Notes under the pieces: model-generated
What the model was told of the DNA's origin: nothing
Databases searched by the model: none
Seen by the model: the letters and a program-made list of their open reading frames with translations, nothing else
Part shown: positions 1-14,570 of the stretch, in pieces
Position numbering within the stretch: position 1 is the stretch's first letter
Layout: each line of letters starts with the position of its first letter
NCBI GenBank assembly: GCA_035084275.1
Contig: CM068748.1
Location: 12,462,001 to 12,526,000, forward strand
DNA length: 64,000 nucleotides
Direction: 5' to 3'
Source of the DNA: Hydrolagus colliei
Lineage: Eukaryota
Position numbers and translations under genes: made by a program

Positions 1-2595
1 TGCCTTAGAGAGGATTTTTTTAACATGATTTTAAGAGGAAGAGATATTCCAGTGTTGTTGGATCTGCTTGCACTAGCCAGTTCTGCAGAGTTTTGGTTCT
101 GATGAGTGTGGTTATTACTAAATTATTTTGTGGACATGGAATTGAAACAATGCATTTGTCGAACAAATGTCATGTAAACGTGCGATTGGATCTTTTAATC
201 GCAACTGAGTAAAGATAACACAAATAACGATCAGAGTTAGTGCCAATTTAATTGGAACCAACAGATTGGTTGGGATGGTGATGGGATTAGTGAGGGGAAG
301 CTGCAATAGCTTCCAGGTGGGAACAGGTTAATGCAGGGTTGCTGATAACTGTACCAAGTAACCTGGGATAAATAATCATACCCAATCACACCCACCAGAG
401 AGGTGCAACCTGAGAAACAGTGCATGAGCAGAAGACACGTAACCAGTGAAGACCAATACTTTCGACACAAGAGAGAACGTTTATACTCCCACAATTGTTC
501 CTCAGCTTATTTTTTTTTCATGGGAGGTGAATAGCTACAGGTCACTTCAGGAAGTGGTCGCTCTAAGAAACAGATCCCAGGCCTTGAAGGTAATCTGATG
601 AACCAGGATATTAAACTGACAGACCAACCAACTGTATTGAATTCTTAGCCTGTCGTAATCCACAGTTCACAGGATCACGGTCCCAGCAGGTTGCTGTGTT
701 GCAGAATAATTAATCATTTAGGTGCATCCCTATTATTATCTTCATTCCAGCCACACATTCATGTAGCTATTTTAGTAAAAAAAAAGGAATTAACTTCTTC
801 TATTGAGATCTGTTTTACATATCCAAAATCTGTTAACAAGCATGCACCTTTTCATCCCAATTAGGAGGTTCAACTGATTCATTTTACACTTATAACCTCC
901 AAATCTAATATCACAGATTAAATTAAACATGTTGCTTATGGTTTTATTATATCAATAACCTTAAGTTAATTAATTTGTTTAATCGGGTTTTATATTCGTA
1001 CTTTGGTGAGACAGATGATATAAACCAACCAGGCACTGCAGTATGTTTCAGTGTTATTCCATCCCGTTCAGAAAAAAAAATCTATCAATCTCCTGTTCTT
1101 GATTTCAATGCACTGACCCCTGTTGGAGATGCACATGTGTGGATGTTGGGGTGGGTTGAGGTTCAGGCTCAGTTGTGTTGAGTCAGATGGTTGAATAACC
1201 TAACATTCAGTTTCAAGACTCATACATGAATAAGGACAGGGTACCAGAGAGCAACTGTTGCCCACAGAACTATACAACAGCAAAAGCAGAAAAGAGAATC
1301 AAATATCTTCAGAAGACAGGAGAGGGTGAGATTTTGCAGGAAGAAAAAATAATAGTAAAATACAGCAGTTCCCACAAAAAAAATACATTGCAGCTGTACA
1401 TTATCTAGATCTGAGTACAAATATGGTCTACACTAGGAATCAATCCAAAAAAAACCTCATATTTATATAGCGCCTTTCACGTCGAGAGGACATCCCATGG
1501 AACTTTACGTTGTTAAATACTAGTAAATCTCTCACAGAGTTTTACCTGAAAACAAAATATGACAGCATCAAAGCATCTGACATTTCAGTTACATTTAAAA
1601 AAAAAATGTTTTGTACAATGTTGTGCTAGTGCGGAATAGATTTTGTTTTAAACATATGGATCTCTTTAGAAGATTTTCTTTGCATATTTAGATATGTGAA
1701 TGTCATGCTTTCCAATTCAGTTCCTGGATTGACAACAGTTCCTGTTGTCAGATAATAACGGTTCCTAGACTGCTGTCAGATAATGATGCTGAATTAGTCC
1801 AGACCTTTGCTGCTCATGTAAGAGCGAGCTGTTCACTCTTGAAAGGAAATATGACTTCTCTGACAGCTGAAAGCTGGCATTGTCTATATGTTGTCTATTG
1901 CTCAGTCTGATTGCTGGATTAACTTAGCCCATAATGCATTTTAATATTTTCAATCTGAATCACAAGAGCTGAACTCTTTTCTAAAACTGTTTTTTTTTGT
2001 ATGTAGTGCAACATCCACTCATCCACTCATCTGAAGCTTATATTTTAATGTGTCACTTTTCTGCTGCCCACTTTGTCAGGAGGGTTCAGTAAACTGCATG
2101 TACTACTCAGTGACAAGAGTCAAATAGTTAAAATGTTGGCAATATTTATTTTCTTTTTTGTTTTACTGTCACCGATGATGGATTTACCGAGCTCTCCACT
2201 TTACCCCACTTGATAAATTAAGTGCATATTTTTTCTTTCATTTGATAAGATACTGAAGCTTCAAAATGAGCTTCATTCTTTACTTCCAGGAACTGAGAAC
2301 TCACAGGAGCAAAGTTTGCATTTGCTCATTCAAGAGAGTGCAATTGATCCCAGGCAAAACAAATACCTCAAGGGATTTCAGATCTCAAAGTGTATGATTG
2401 AAGAAGATTAAAACATAACAATTATACTTGCATTTGATATAACATCTTATCACTGCATGGAGATTCTCAAAGCACTTCACAGGATTTTAATGTGAAGTGT
2501 CGTGACTGTATATTTTGTAGAAGTTGGTTATGTGAGAAATATATTTTGGAATATATTATAATATCAACAAGATGGAAGCCATACTCTTTGGTTTT

Positions 2596-3394
2596 CATCG
2601 ACGTCTTCTGTCCCATGGTTCCGACCACCTCAACCTACCCGACCTGTCCTTAAAACTCTCTGAATCCATGCAGAATTTGGGCATCAGGTGATCCTCAGTT
2701 ATCCTTCTCACCACCCCCACCCCCAAAACTGATCCCTCACCAACACTGCTTTCTTCCATCTCCGCCACATTGCCCGCCTCCGCCAATACCTAACCCCAAC
2801 AGCTGCCAAAACCTGAGTCCATGCCTTTTACACCACTCAGCTGGACTACTCTAATGTCCTCCTCATTGGGCTCAGCTCCTCCACCATACACAAAATTTAG
2901 CTCGTACAAAACGCCATAGCCCACATTCTCAACACCACCAAACTTCATACCCCAATTGCCCCAGTCCTTGCCAAACTACACTGGTTCCCTGTCACAGAGC
3001 GGATTGACTTCAAGATCCTCACTCTTGTGTTTAAATCACCCGATTACTCTGCAACCCACTACCTCTCTAACCTCTTCTCTCCTCATAGCAGTACCCATTC
3101 CTTCCACTTTACTGGGTCTAGCCTTCTTCTTGTCCTCCAAATCCTCTGCTCCACCATCAACAGCCGTGGTTTCGGCCACTATGGCCTGAAACTTCTGAAC
3201 TCCCTCCCTCAACTCCTTTGTCTCACTCCCTCCTTTCCCATATTCATGTCATGCCTGAAGACCTTTCTCTTCGACCACACTTATGGTCACTCCAGGGCCT
3301 CCCCCTGGCTCGGCCTTGGGCTCCGCCATTGTGATGGGCTCTGAGATGTCGCCCGGTGTGGAGGGTGCTATATAAATACAAGTTGTTACTGTTG
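2596..3394 (+). mobile_element. L2-clade LINE 3' fragment (degenerate ORF2 C-terminus plus tail)
   Basis: Broken frames give AFFHLRHIARLR, LDYSNVLL and LHWFPV-ERIDFKIL, typical of L2 ORF2; tail ...ggtgctatataaatacaagttgtt. Confidence 0.85.
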
Positions 3395-4789
3395 TAATAT
3401 TTTGGGAGATAGGCACTGATCTGAAGGACATTTTGCATTATTTGGCACCCCAAATTTTCTCCAATTCCTTCCCCATCTCCTCCACTCCATGTGGTAACTC
3501 AGATTTGAGTATAGCTTCAGAGGCACAAGCAGTCTATGGAACTCGGGTCACCATTCTTCAAACCGGGACTGCAACCTTGACAAAGTATATTTCAGTGTGT
3601 TTGGACAAGTGGATATTACATTATACCGGGTATGTGTGTTCTAGTTTGTTTCCAATACTACCCAAATTGTTTGTGTTTTGTTGGAAGGAAGGAGGGAACC
3701 TTACAAACAACCTCAGCCACCAGCACTCATTCCAAATGTTGTGTTTGCATTGCTGTGATATTTTAAGTGAAGTGGGAGATCAACATCCTGATGTTCTAAC
3801 AATATTTATTTATTTATTTTCTCTGACAGTTCAGTTACCAGACCGTGCAATTGCTGCTGGTTAAGTGGGGGAGGAAGGAGGTTTGATTCTTGGTGGTCAG
3901 TGCTCGTATCTATTCATCGTCTTAATCAAATCAGTGGTGCTTGGGGAATAGTCAAACCCAAGCAATCTGTTGGTAGAATACATCGGACATGTATTAGTCT
4001 TGTTTTCTTCCACTGGTCAGATCCTACCGAATAATAACCCAAATTACCCAAAAAACTGATGCAAATTTATTACACAATTTATCACACAAGTTCAAATTCA
4101 AAGGAAACTTCAAATTGTTTCTGGAGGAAACAATTGGGTAAAAGTGCTGTCCATCACTGCTTTTTAATAGAAATTTACAACCAATTTGCCTGTTAAGAAA
4201 GACATACAATGTGGACCTTAGCCAGCAGAGGGCATACAAGACTGAAACAAGAATGTTTGATCTCAGATGCTGCAATGCTGCATTATTTTAGACATTTTAA
4301 AATGAGTAAATAATCCTTGTTCTTGATAGATTAGTCTTTTTCTTTTTCACTAAACAAGATGTTTTATGTAAAATGTGGAGGTGTCCGTAAGCAGAAGTGG
4401 AAGCTTCTTGGGCGTAACTTGAAAAAGGGGAGAGAGGGGGGAAAGCAGAGGGATTGAGGGATGAGGTTACAGAGAAAGGGGACAAGCATTGTACCTTTAC
4501 TGCTTGGCCACCCATTTGTGGAGTGCTCATTTTTGATCAGTTTCTAAAAGAAAAAATCAGGACCAAATTTGTCCAACTGTTTCCCAGTGGTTCTGTGCGA
4601 GCACTCATTGTTTCGATGCACCGTAGTAGCTTCTTGAAACATACTGCTGGCTGGCTTCATGTTTAGTTAGGTGTTGTTCCAAAGGTAGTGACATGCTAGA
4701 GAACCTCACCAGGCTCAATAACTCACAGCACTACTCTGAAGTATCTTAGCAGCACTTTGAAACAAAGCCATGTAAGAAATTACAAACAG

Positions 4790-4853
4790 AAGCAGATAGA
4801 TAAAATAATCTCAGTAAATGAAAGCAGATAGATAAAATAATCTCAGTAAATGA
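4790..4853. repeat. Perfect 32-bp tandem duplication
   Basis: aagcagatagataaaataatctcagtaaatga twice. Confidence 0.95.
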
Positions 4854-7800
4854 TAATTCTTTAAATGCTGTGATTTTATCAGGACCGAAGGTTGACACAG
4901 ATGCCCTTTTATACTGATGTGGTTTGTTAGGTAAGTTGCTATATATTATTCAATTGACCGAAGGCGCCTTCCTTCAATTTCAGTCAGTGTTTTATTGAAC
5001 AGTTTTAGTTTTGCACAAAGCAGTTATCTCAGTAACGTGTGTTTGCTTTCTCATTTGAACCCTGTTCCATTTCTCAAAGCAATTTGTGATGTTAACAGGA
5101 AATGACAGCGAGCAGTATGTATTGCCACAAAAAAGGTTTCATCGTATAAAAGCTAAAGCAAATCCTTCAGCTAAAGAAACTAAGCAACCCATTCTTGAAT
5201 ATTGTCCCGTCTCTGGGAGCAAAGTGGAGTGCATTAACAAAGCAATGTCTGGAGGCTGTCCAAACATATAAAGGTTGCACCAAACGCCAGCTGTTTAAAT
5301 GACCTTAGATGTTAAAGGAGAGTTGGACACCAATGAAAATTAGACAATGACAGCGACGCAGAGCAAATATCAGAGTCACTGGAGTTCATTAAACAACTAT
5401 CACATTACTGTTCTTTCTCCCAGTAGACATCGAGATAAAAATCTGTGCCAGATGGCAGGCAGACCTCACATATCTCTGCTAAACAAATCGAAACCACACC
5501 TGTTTGTCAGAATTTGAAATTAACTCTGATAATGTATTACAAATCCCCCAAATCCTGAATTACAAAGTGAACTTATTGCAGGCATAAGCCTCAATAAACC
5601 TAAGAATGTATATGGACTTGAGTATGTAATGCTGCACACTCAAACATTCAGAAACAAAAAGTGGATGAAGAATGTGATAGGCAGTTTGTTATGAAGCTGC
5701 AGCATGCTCAAAGGGTTCAGCTGATCTCATGAAATGCAACAGCAAAGTTTGAGTGCTTTACAAAATTGTCTGAAGGCTGTGAGAGCACTACAGCTTGGCT
5801 ATAATACATTGACATGAATGGGAGGCTTCTTTTTAAAAAAATACACACCAATATAAATGATTTTCTCTGACCTTTTAAGTGGCCATTTTTCATGGGTGAG
5901 CTGAGACAGTCAGTGCCAGCATAATACTCCAGTGTAGAAGCCCAAAGCTAATAAGTCCAATTCTGTTCACAGAAATTAGTTGCTAGCTATTCATAGGGGG
6001 CTTGCTGGGTTGAGTTAGCTTCAATGGTAACAGGTAGCACTAAATCAACTCTGAGGCTGTCTCAGTGGTTTAACAGCTGAGACAGTCAGGTGCATATTGT
6101 TCCAGGGTCCAGTGGACTGTCCAGCTGACCTGGTTTGTCACTGAAATGTGAAGTAGACTTGTCACAGGGTGGAAACGTTTCCTCTCTCCAACTATTGCCA
6201 ATGTATAGTTTATGTAAGCATCATAGCTAAGCTTGATCTTGTCCTCTCCCAAAGCCTACACAGGTATCTTTGAGGTAGGGCCTACAGAGGCAGAAATCCT
6301 GGTAGAATACTTTTCTCCTCTCCAGCTCAGGACATCTGAAGCTGATTGCAATGCCCTGACTACTGCCTGTATGTGATCAGCTATCAGTATGGGCCAATGA
6401 ACCCCACCTGGAACTGAGCAATTGTTGGACAAATCATTCCCAAATAATCGCCATTGCACAGAAACCTTAATCTATCCATTTACAGTAAATATAAAACCTA
6501 AGCTGTCCTCTATTTATACCTGGGGTGAATCTTTTCTGGATCCTGCCTGGTGATTTCCTTCAACGGTAGAGCTATGATTGGAAAACTATCATGTGGGGAG
6601 TGGCAGTTTAACTCTGATTTAACCACTTCATCAGACAGAAGGTTCACTGTTTTGATTGAATCTTTTTTATTTTGCAGTTGCACATCACTACAGAAAAGCG
6701 AAGATTTTCCTCTGAATTCAGAGCACAATTTGGAAAAGTAATTACTTCTGTAAAAAGGCTTTGTTGGTTAATTACTTTCTGTTTTTAATGTAAATTGAAT
6801 TGTTGAATGAATCATGATGGACCACAGCACAATGATGAGAGGAATTGATTACTCAGATGTTCATCAAAATTGTAATTCAAGCACAAATTTCACGTGGAGC
6901 TGTTATGTGTGCATCAAATTGAAACTAAATTATTTACATAACATTTATTTTCTTAGAACATTAAACACCTGCAAAATTCAAATGAAATCAAACTCAATCT
7001 ATCACAGCATGTGATCCAGGGCGCTTTGCTAGAAGCAGAACAAAAGTTTGTGCCAACTCCGTTTTCACTTACCATTCCTATCCCCCATAGAGTCCATATT
7101 CATCAGTAGGAATGATCAATAGGAAATTAATTCACGTCTGTACCTATCATTGAACAGTACTCAAAGCATCAGCAGAGGTACACATGCAGGTACATTCTTC
7201 GGGCAGAAGCTTCACTGTGAATGGGCGCTATGCAGTGGGTACTATTATTACAAACATTTACAATTCTCTCCACTTAGAATTATAGAAAATAACAAAAGCT
7301 GCCTGGAAGATTTTTGCTGTGCATCACTCGCTATCATAGAGCAGTTAGAGTTTTCTGTTTTGCTCTTTGAAAAGGGTAATGCAGATTTCAAGTAAGGCCA
7401 ACATAGCACAGTGAATAAGCTAATGCATTTACAACATTGGGTTAGGTCCCTTCTCGTGGCTGGCTGTTTTAACATGCTATCTTATTGTTATTTGAATCGA
7501 ATAATTTCCTGTTGAAATGAATAATTTATCATCAGATCATTAATATTCATTAATTGCTACAAGAGGAAGTAAAATCATCACGCTCATATAAATGAGTAAG
7601 TATATCAATTTGTCAGTTTACATTTTTTTTAAATGCTCTTTGTTATGGGCACACACAGTCATTTCTAGCATGTCATTTGATTATGGTAGTAATCCTGATC
7701 CAGTACTTAGTATCGCCTCAAAGCGCTTTCCAACATTCACTGCAAAGGGTAGTGAGTATATAGGACACACACTTGTCAGGAAACACAGTAGCTAATTTGC

Positions 7801-8129
7801 ACACAGCAATGATCCACAAACAACCATGAAGGGATTGATTAATTTTATTTAGGGGATTGTTGGCCATGACACTGGGGAAACTCCATGATTTTTTAAGTGT
7901 CATACTGAAGTAATCAGTGGTCTAGCAAGAGCCAGGTGTATCATTCATGGTGCAGTGGGCATGGCTTCACTCTGATAGACTCAGGTTGAGGATATAGAGA
8001 ACAGTAATTCTGCATCTCCTGGGTCTGGAAGCAATGTAATTTTGTTTCCATCCAACAGAGTGACATGAAGCAGGAAGCTTGAATTTTACTTCCGACTTCA
8101 TAAGATCACAAGACAGTCCTAACACGATC

Positions 8130-8520
8130 ATAAGACAATCTCAAGATCAGATTGAATGAAAATGGCCCTTTGGCCCATTTGAAATCATCCTTCAAGAATA
8201 AAACATTCCTCCAATCACAGCATCAAGCTGCTTTTTAAAATGAGTCCAATGTCCTGACCTCAACCATTCTTCTTAGCAACCTGTTCCGGCCTCTAATTAC
8301 ACTATGGGTAAAACAGTACTTCCTGGTGTCTGTCCTGAAAAATGTCATTTGCAAGTCTATGTTCTCTTTTTGTTCTTTCTTGGTGCATCTTAACCTATTG
8401 TTCTGGATTTACATTTTCCACCCCATATCAAATCGTACATACCGCCAAGGTACCCTCTGTCTCCTTCAAGATGGAGGATATCTAGCTTGTCTAATTATTG
8501 TTCATAATTCATTCCTCCAA
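8130..8520 (-). mobile_element. Old CR1 LINE 3' fragment
   Basis: Reverse strand resembles a CR1 ORF2 end and 3'UTR; the block acagcatcaagctg(c/g)tttttaaaatgagtc recurs at about 38777-38806. Confidence 0.6.
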
Positions 8521-8734
8521 TACTAAAATACTCAGTACATCACATTGATAATAGCTCCCATTTCTGATTTCTGTGCATGCATAATTAAACATTATCAAAG
8601 GGGAAGTCTCAATAACATGAGTGCAGCAGTGTATGTTTGGTGCAATGGCCAAAACAGCCCAAATCACATTGTACTGTTGCATTTATATGCTGTATTTCCA
8701 CTCACCTTACAAACGAACAACTTGAGTTCAATTG

Positions 8735-8950
8735 CAGGTCAGGGTGAAACCTTGGGCAAGGTTCTTTACTCCACACTCATAATAATAATCCCTAAAAAAA
8801 AATAGGTTGGTCATTTCAAATCACGATTGTTTGTGGGACACTGCTGTGCGCAATTGGCTGCCGTGTTTCGCCCACCACTTTACAGTATATTCTGTGAAGC
8901 ACTTTGACACATCCATAAGATCATATCGAATGCAAGAATTATTATTATTA
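8735..8950 (+). mobile_element. 5'-truncated copy of the tRNA-derived SINE
   Basis: cagggtgaaaccttgggcaag...gtttgtgggacactgctgtgcgcaattggctgcc...(tta)n, shared with the full-length copies. Confidence 0.85.
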
Positions 8951-9663
8951 CATAGCAATTGTGAGAATCCAAGTACCTCCTCAAATTGGTCTCAAAAGTG
9001 GGAAATCGAGGACAAGAAGCTTCTGATTTGAGTTGTTTATCCCTAATTTATGTTTCACCATCCAGAGCAAGAATTGTTCTCACACCCTCAGGCAGCACTG
9101 ACATTTAGTGGTCATTTGGAAATTCTCTGTATGGCAGTTCAGCTGAAGTCAGGCACTGGCTCAGTAAGTCTACAGATAATCATCACCTGGGATCGGGAAT
9201 CTTTTTGTTCCTGGTGTCTGATCAGAAGTAATTTATATAAAGTTATTAATTGCATGGGTGAAAATTGGTCTTTCAAGCTCACATTACTTGATTTGCCTTC
9301 ATACAATAAAAGTGTAGGGTAAGATTATCACGAGTTATTGTAAGAAGTTTGTTGTGCATTATACACGTCAGGTTCATGGTCTGTAAACAATGGAAATCAT
9401 GCCTCTAAATAAAATGTAGGCACAGCTATTGAGTGATTGATCTCAGAGAACCATTCCACAAACTCTAGTTTTATGAAACAAGGTTTATAAAGAGCTGATG
9501 ACCTCCCACTGCTAATTGACTTTACTTGTATATTTACACAAGCACTTTAAAAAAACCTTCTTTTCAAAGGCTTTTCATTAAGTGTCTGCATATCTCCCTG
9601 GAGGTCAATTTATTTTTGCTTATATAATTGCCAAAAACATGTTGGCAGCATTATCGTATTTAA

Positions 9664-10200
9664 ATCTTATTTAAAAAAGGATATACTTGCCTTAGAGCTG
9701 GTGCAGCATAGATTCACTGTTAGTTCCTGGGATGAGGGGATTAATTTATGAGGATAGGTGGAATAAACTAGGGCTTATTCTCTAGAGTACAGAACAATTA
9801 GGGGGGAACTTATTGAAACATATAAGATTCTTAAAGGGCTGGATAAAGTAGAAAATGAGGGACTGTTTTCCCTGGTAGGAGAATCTATATCCAGGGTTCA
9901 CAGTTTTAAAATTAAGGGTCAGCCTTTTAGAACAGAGTTGAGGAAACATTTCTTCACTCAGAGGGTAGCCCAGAAGGCTGTAGATTCTCAGTCCTTGAAC
10001 ATTTTCAAGGCTGAGACTGATAAGATTTTTTTTAAATAGAGGGAATAGTGGATATGGGGATAGGGCAGGTAATTAGAGTTAGGTCAGAAGATCAGCCATG
10101 ATCTTATCGAATGGCGGGGCAGGCTCGAGGGTTAGGGTTAGGAATGGACCCATCCTAAGGATAGAATGGCCTACTCCTGTTCCTAATTCTTATGTTCTTA
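9664..10200 (+). mobile_element. CR1 LINE 3' end (chondrichthyan-type)
   Basis: Decayed ORF2 (..LIETYKILKGLDKV.., ..RKHFFTQRV..) followed by gatcagccatgatcttatcgaatggcggggcaggctcgaggg...gaatggcctactcctg and a (ttcttatg)-type tail. Confidence 0.88.
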
Positions 10201-11839
10201 AGGTCTCAATTGCTAGCTGGCACAAACTTAAAATGCTAGTTTCCACTGTCATTTATGTTTTTAATACTTCACTATTTAAGATTTTTTAAAATAACGTTTA
10301 TTAAATTAAGTCTAAAATTATTTTTATACAGTGCTAATGATGAAGTGTAATCCTGCGAGTAATGAATGATACGATCACCCATACATTTCAATAAAAAGTA
10401 AAATGCTGCTGCCACAGAAGAAAACATCCCAGATACTGCTCCAAAATAACCAGCAGCGAGTCACACATACCCGATGTCTGGTAGCGAGTTATGATGCAGC
10501 CAGTTCTGATACAGTTGAGTGCTTCTGACAATATCAAACTGCCAGGATGATGCCTAAAGATAATTTACTGCATTGTTAGAGTTTACAATCATGATAATGG
10601 GATTTTAATATGTTTGTTGTGCATCAGCACCTACACCAACATAACATATACTGATTGACCTGTATTGTTCAACAGCACAAAGGGATCTTAGTTATCTGCA
10701 CACTTTAATGTTTTTCTTCAAGTTTTCACTATTTCCAGAATTCAACTGAACCAATATTCTGGGAACTAAATTCATATTGTGCTAAGAAAAATATTCATTC
10801 CATTCCCATCCCAGTGTATAAAGGTAAAGCTTCAGAGTCAAACATCTTGGAATTGTATTTGCCATTTCTTTGGTATAGTTTGTGCTGGGTTTCATCTGTA
10901 CTACTAAAATATACAGAACATACACATTGAAAAATGGTTCCATATTTACTGCAAAACGTGGCAGCCAATTGTGCACAGAGGTGTCCTACAAACAGTTGTG
11001 AAATTGAGTGACCAAACTATTATTAGTGTTTTTTAAAGAGATTATTACACCAGCAAAAGCAATCTGCAAATCGATAAACAACTGGTTTCCTACTTAATGA
11101 TAGATAAACAAGCATGTGGAGAAAGGAAACTTCCCTAAGTTTTCACCCTGCCCGAGTATCAAATCCAGGTCTTCTCACTTGAGAGGCAAGTACTCTGATC
11201 AACACGCTACTTCACACTGCAGTCACAGAAACAAATCATGCAATTGATGTGTTTCCCAACAGCATTGCTGTGATAAGCAGTAAAGCCACTGCCTTAAACA
11301 ATTTTGCAACTTCAAGGAAATAAAATAATAATTCTTACATTTGGTATTTCACAATCGGATGATATCTCAAAGTGTTTCACAGAATATACTATAAATTGCA
11401 GTGACTATTTTGAGGGCAAAATGTTGCACCCTCAAGAATGAAACAAGTGCTGAAGTATCTGTACAGTGCCATTAGGTTTTGCTGTATTGGAACATGCATT
11501 GATGAAGCTTTCAGCACTGCTCTGAGAAATATATGAATCATCTCTTCTTTCAGTTATATAACCTGGAGCCACACACTGATGGTCACAGTGGTAGCAGTTA
11601 CCACAGCAACAGAACATGTTCGGTGGTGCAAGAGGTCTAAAATGTGAAAAGAAATAAAGCTGTTCACATCCCAAAGACTAAGCATTTTCATGGCAGGATT
11701 GCACTGATTAGCCACCTTCACAAAAACAAACAACAAGACCATAACACACACCTGTAGTTTGTAGTCTTTCTTGCCTTTTTTACCTCCAATTTAACCAAGC
11801 CTTAAAATTAATTTGACTGCACTAACTGTAGCAAAATTA

Positions 11840-12300
11840 CATTTGTAAAACGCCTTTCACGTTTGGAGGACTTCCCAAGGCCCTGAACAGTCAGGGATGA
11901 AAGACCGAGGCTGGGGGCCGGGTTGGAATTAGGGAGGGCAGAGAGGCAGGAGGGTGGCTAAAAGGTCGAAAATAATGATTTAGAGTCATGCTTTGAAGGA
12001 TGTAAGGGTGGGAGCAAGGCCAAGGGATTGTGAAATGAAGTTCTCATCAATAGTAGGGCGAATTGGAAGGGAGACATGGAGCAGGCTAGAGCCTGCTGAA
12101 TGGTGGGAGTCGACAGGTTGATAGGAGTTAACAAGTCAGAGAGGTAGGAGGAGGCAAGGTTGTGGATGCTCTGGATGCTCTGCAGCTTGTAGAGAGAAGA
12201 GTTGGGGAGACCGACAAGTAGGAAGTTTCTGTAATCGAGCCTCAAGGTGACGAAAGCCTGGATAAGGGTTTTGGCAGCCTGAGGGGTGACAAGCACAGAT
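11840..12300 (-). mobile_element. L2 LINE 3' fragment
   Basis: ORF 11958-12305 contains AAKTLIQAFVTLRLDYRNFLLVGLP, an L2 ORF2 motif. Confidence 0.8.
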
Positions 12301-13329
12301 TTCAAAGCTTTTACACTTATGCTGTATTCATACTATTGGAGCAAAGCATATGCACAACACAAATATCAGATATTTAGTCTTTACAGTTAGAGAGGTTGCA
12401 TGATCAGTCTTTAACATTATAAATGCTCCATTCAAAGTTCCAAGGATATCCAAAAGTCATCTGAGATGTTTGCAAAGAGAACGGGGGAGTGAGCATAGTA
12501 TGTGCCGCATTCATACTGTGTGGGTGGAAATTATATTGCTCCTGGATCTATCTCCTTTGGACAGTTTCAGGGGCACATCTCCAGCATGATTCATTAGGAC
12601 TCATACATTGTTTATATCACATCTTGGTGCTATCAATGATGAAAGAAGCTTCATGCCCCCTTGTGTTTTCCAACCATCTTTTACACTGACTTGAAACATT
12701 AAACTTGCTCGGTAGCGCCCTGAGTTGCCTCTTTTTAATGAAATAAATCTTGACTGAATATGTCACAAGTGTTCTGGCCCAATTCCCAAACCGTTTACAG
12801 CAAATATGAACTCCACATCATACATGCTCCTCAAGGATGAACTGCAGAAATCCCCAAATTTCAAAATGAACATTCCTTCCCACACGTGGAAGTTTGCAGA
12901 AGAGAGATTTACAAGGCACCACAGCGCAGTGTCTAGTGTCAAACTGTTTTCAGAGACCTACTGTTGGACTCCAGATTCAGAAATATGAATACATGAGGAT
13001 ATAGTGAAGCTGTCTGGTTTCATACCTCTAGTTTGAAAATATCATGTGGCAGTACCCCGTGCCATTAACAGCCTAATTTGTTTCAGGCTAGCAGAAGTCA
13101 CAATCCTATACATGTTGAATAAGCTCAACTCAGCCATGGGTGTGATGATTGCCTTGCTGCAAAGTGCTGGGAATTTGCGTGAGAACACAAATGACATTCG
13201 TTAGCTGACGAGACATGGCTGAACAATACAATACTGTATTCCACTTTGAATGCCTTACTCTTGCTTCTCAACACAGCCAGTTGAGGTGTAAAATGAATGG
13301 TCGAACCTTAAAAAACACAGGTCCTCAAC

Positions 13330-13700
13330 AACACGCGTTCACACCAGGTAAAGACTCAGAACGTTGAACAGTGGTGGATCCTGAGTCTAGGAGGGGAGGC
13401 AAAATAAAGAAGATTTTCAGGTGAGACTTGAAAAGGGGGGAGAGATGGGGCAAGGCGGAGGGATTGAGGGAGAGTGTTCCAGAGTTTCGGGGCGCAGTGA
13501 CTGAAAGCGCGACCTCCAAAGGTGGAGTGGAGGGTGCAAGGGACAAACAGGAGGTCAGTGCCAGTTGAGCAGTGAATTGGGGAGTGAGGAAGTCAGAGTG
13601 ATAGGGAAGTGCCAGAGAATTCATGGATTTGAACACAAGTGTGAGAATCTTGAAGTCGATCCATTTGGTAATGGGGAGCCAGTGGAGCCTGTCCAGAATT
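13330..13700 (-). mobile_element. L2 LINE 3' fragment
   Basis: ORF 13325-13771 contains SPILDRLHWLPITKWIDFKILTLVFKS and FKSHLK. Confidence 0.82.
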
Positions 13701-14289
13701 GGTGATGTCTTATCAAATCTTTCCAACAGCTTCCCAGCACATAGCCTCTCTGATGGAAGCTCTTCCCCCAACAGTTAAAAGATCAATTTAACCACAGTAA
13801 ATCACAGCTCTTATATTCCTAAACAAATCTAAAGGCCATTCATCAAAACTAATTTCAGCATCATCACCATATTCAGGTTTAGGAGCTACAGATAAATTCA
13901 TAATGACAAAGTTAACTCCTGATTTCAACTACCCTGACTGGTTTTCTTGTATGGAGCCTTGGGTAATGGTATTGCATTAATTTTAATCCCTCTTTTATTA
14001 GTAAGGAAATATGTGTTACATTCACTGAAAAGAGAAAGGTCACGGCATAAATATTTTAATCAACTAGCAATTCTAGGCTTTCCTGATAATTGCTCAGATT
14101 AATATGTGCATAACCAGCTAGTTGAATATCAATCTCTTATTGAATAGTGAGAGAAAATAGGTGAAAGTACTGGTAGGTGAATAACTAGCTGTAAGATGCA
14201 CTTGGATTCCAAGAATAAAAACTCTCTTAATACTTGCAAATTTACTAAACATATATAGCTAGGTTCTGGGTAATCTGTATCGTATACAT

Positions 14290-14570
14290 TTCCTTTCCCC
14301 TCCCACCCCTCTTCTCCTCTTGATTCCCCCTGTCTTCATCTTTATCACTTAGATTTCCTTTTTCCCCTCCTCTCCCCTAGATTTCCACCTTTCCCCTCTC
14401 TTCTCTGGATGTCCCTTTTTTCCTTCTATTCTCCTCTTGAAATCCCAATTTTCTGCTTTCTCATCTGGATTTCCCTTTTTCCCTCTATTATCCTTTGAAG
14501 TCCCCCAACCTCCACTTTTCTACACTTCTCTTCCCCCTCACTTCTCCTCTGGATTTCCTGATTTTCCCCC
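14290..14570. repeat. Degenerate ~30-bp pyrimidine-rich minisatellite
   Basis: Repeated variants of gatttcccttttcccctctcttctct; strongly polypyrimidine/polypurine. Confidence 0.75.

Noticed and set aside
2956-3344. Plus-strand ORFs of 77 and 105 aa
   Set aside because: They are frameshifted remnants of L2 ORF2, not host genes.
8443-8522. Apparent AG...GTATGT exon on the minus strand
   Set aside because: It lies inside a decayed CR1 fragment and contains a stop in the CR1 frame.
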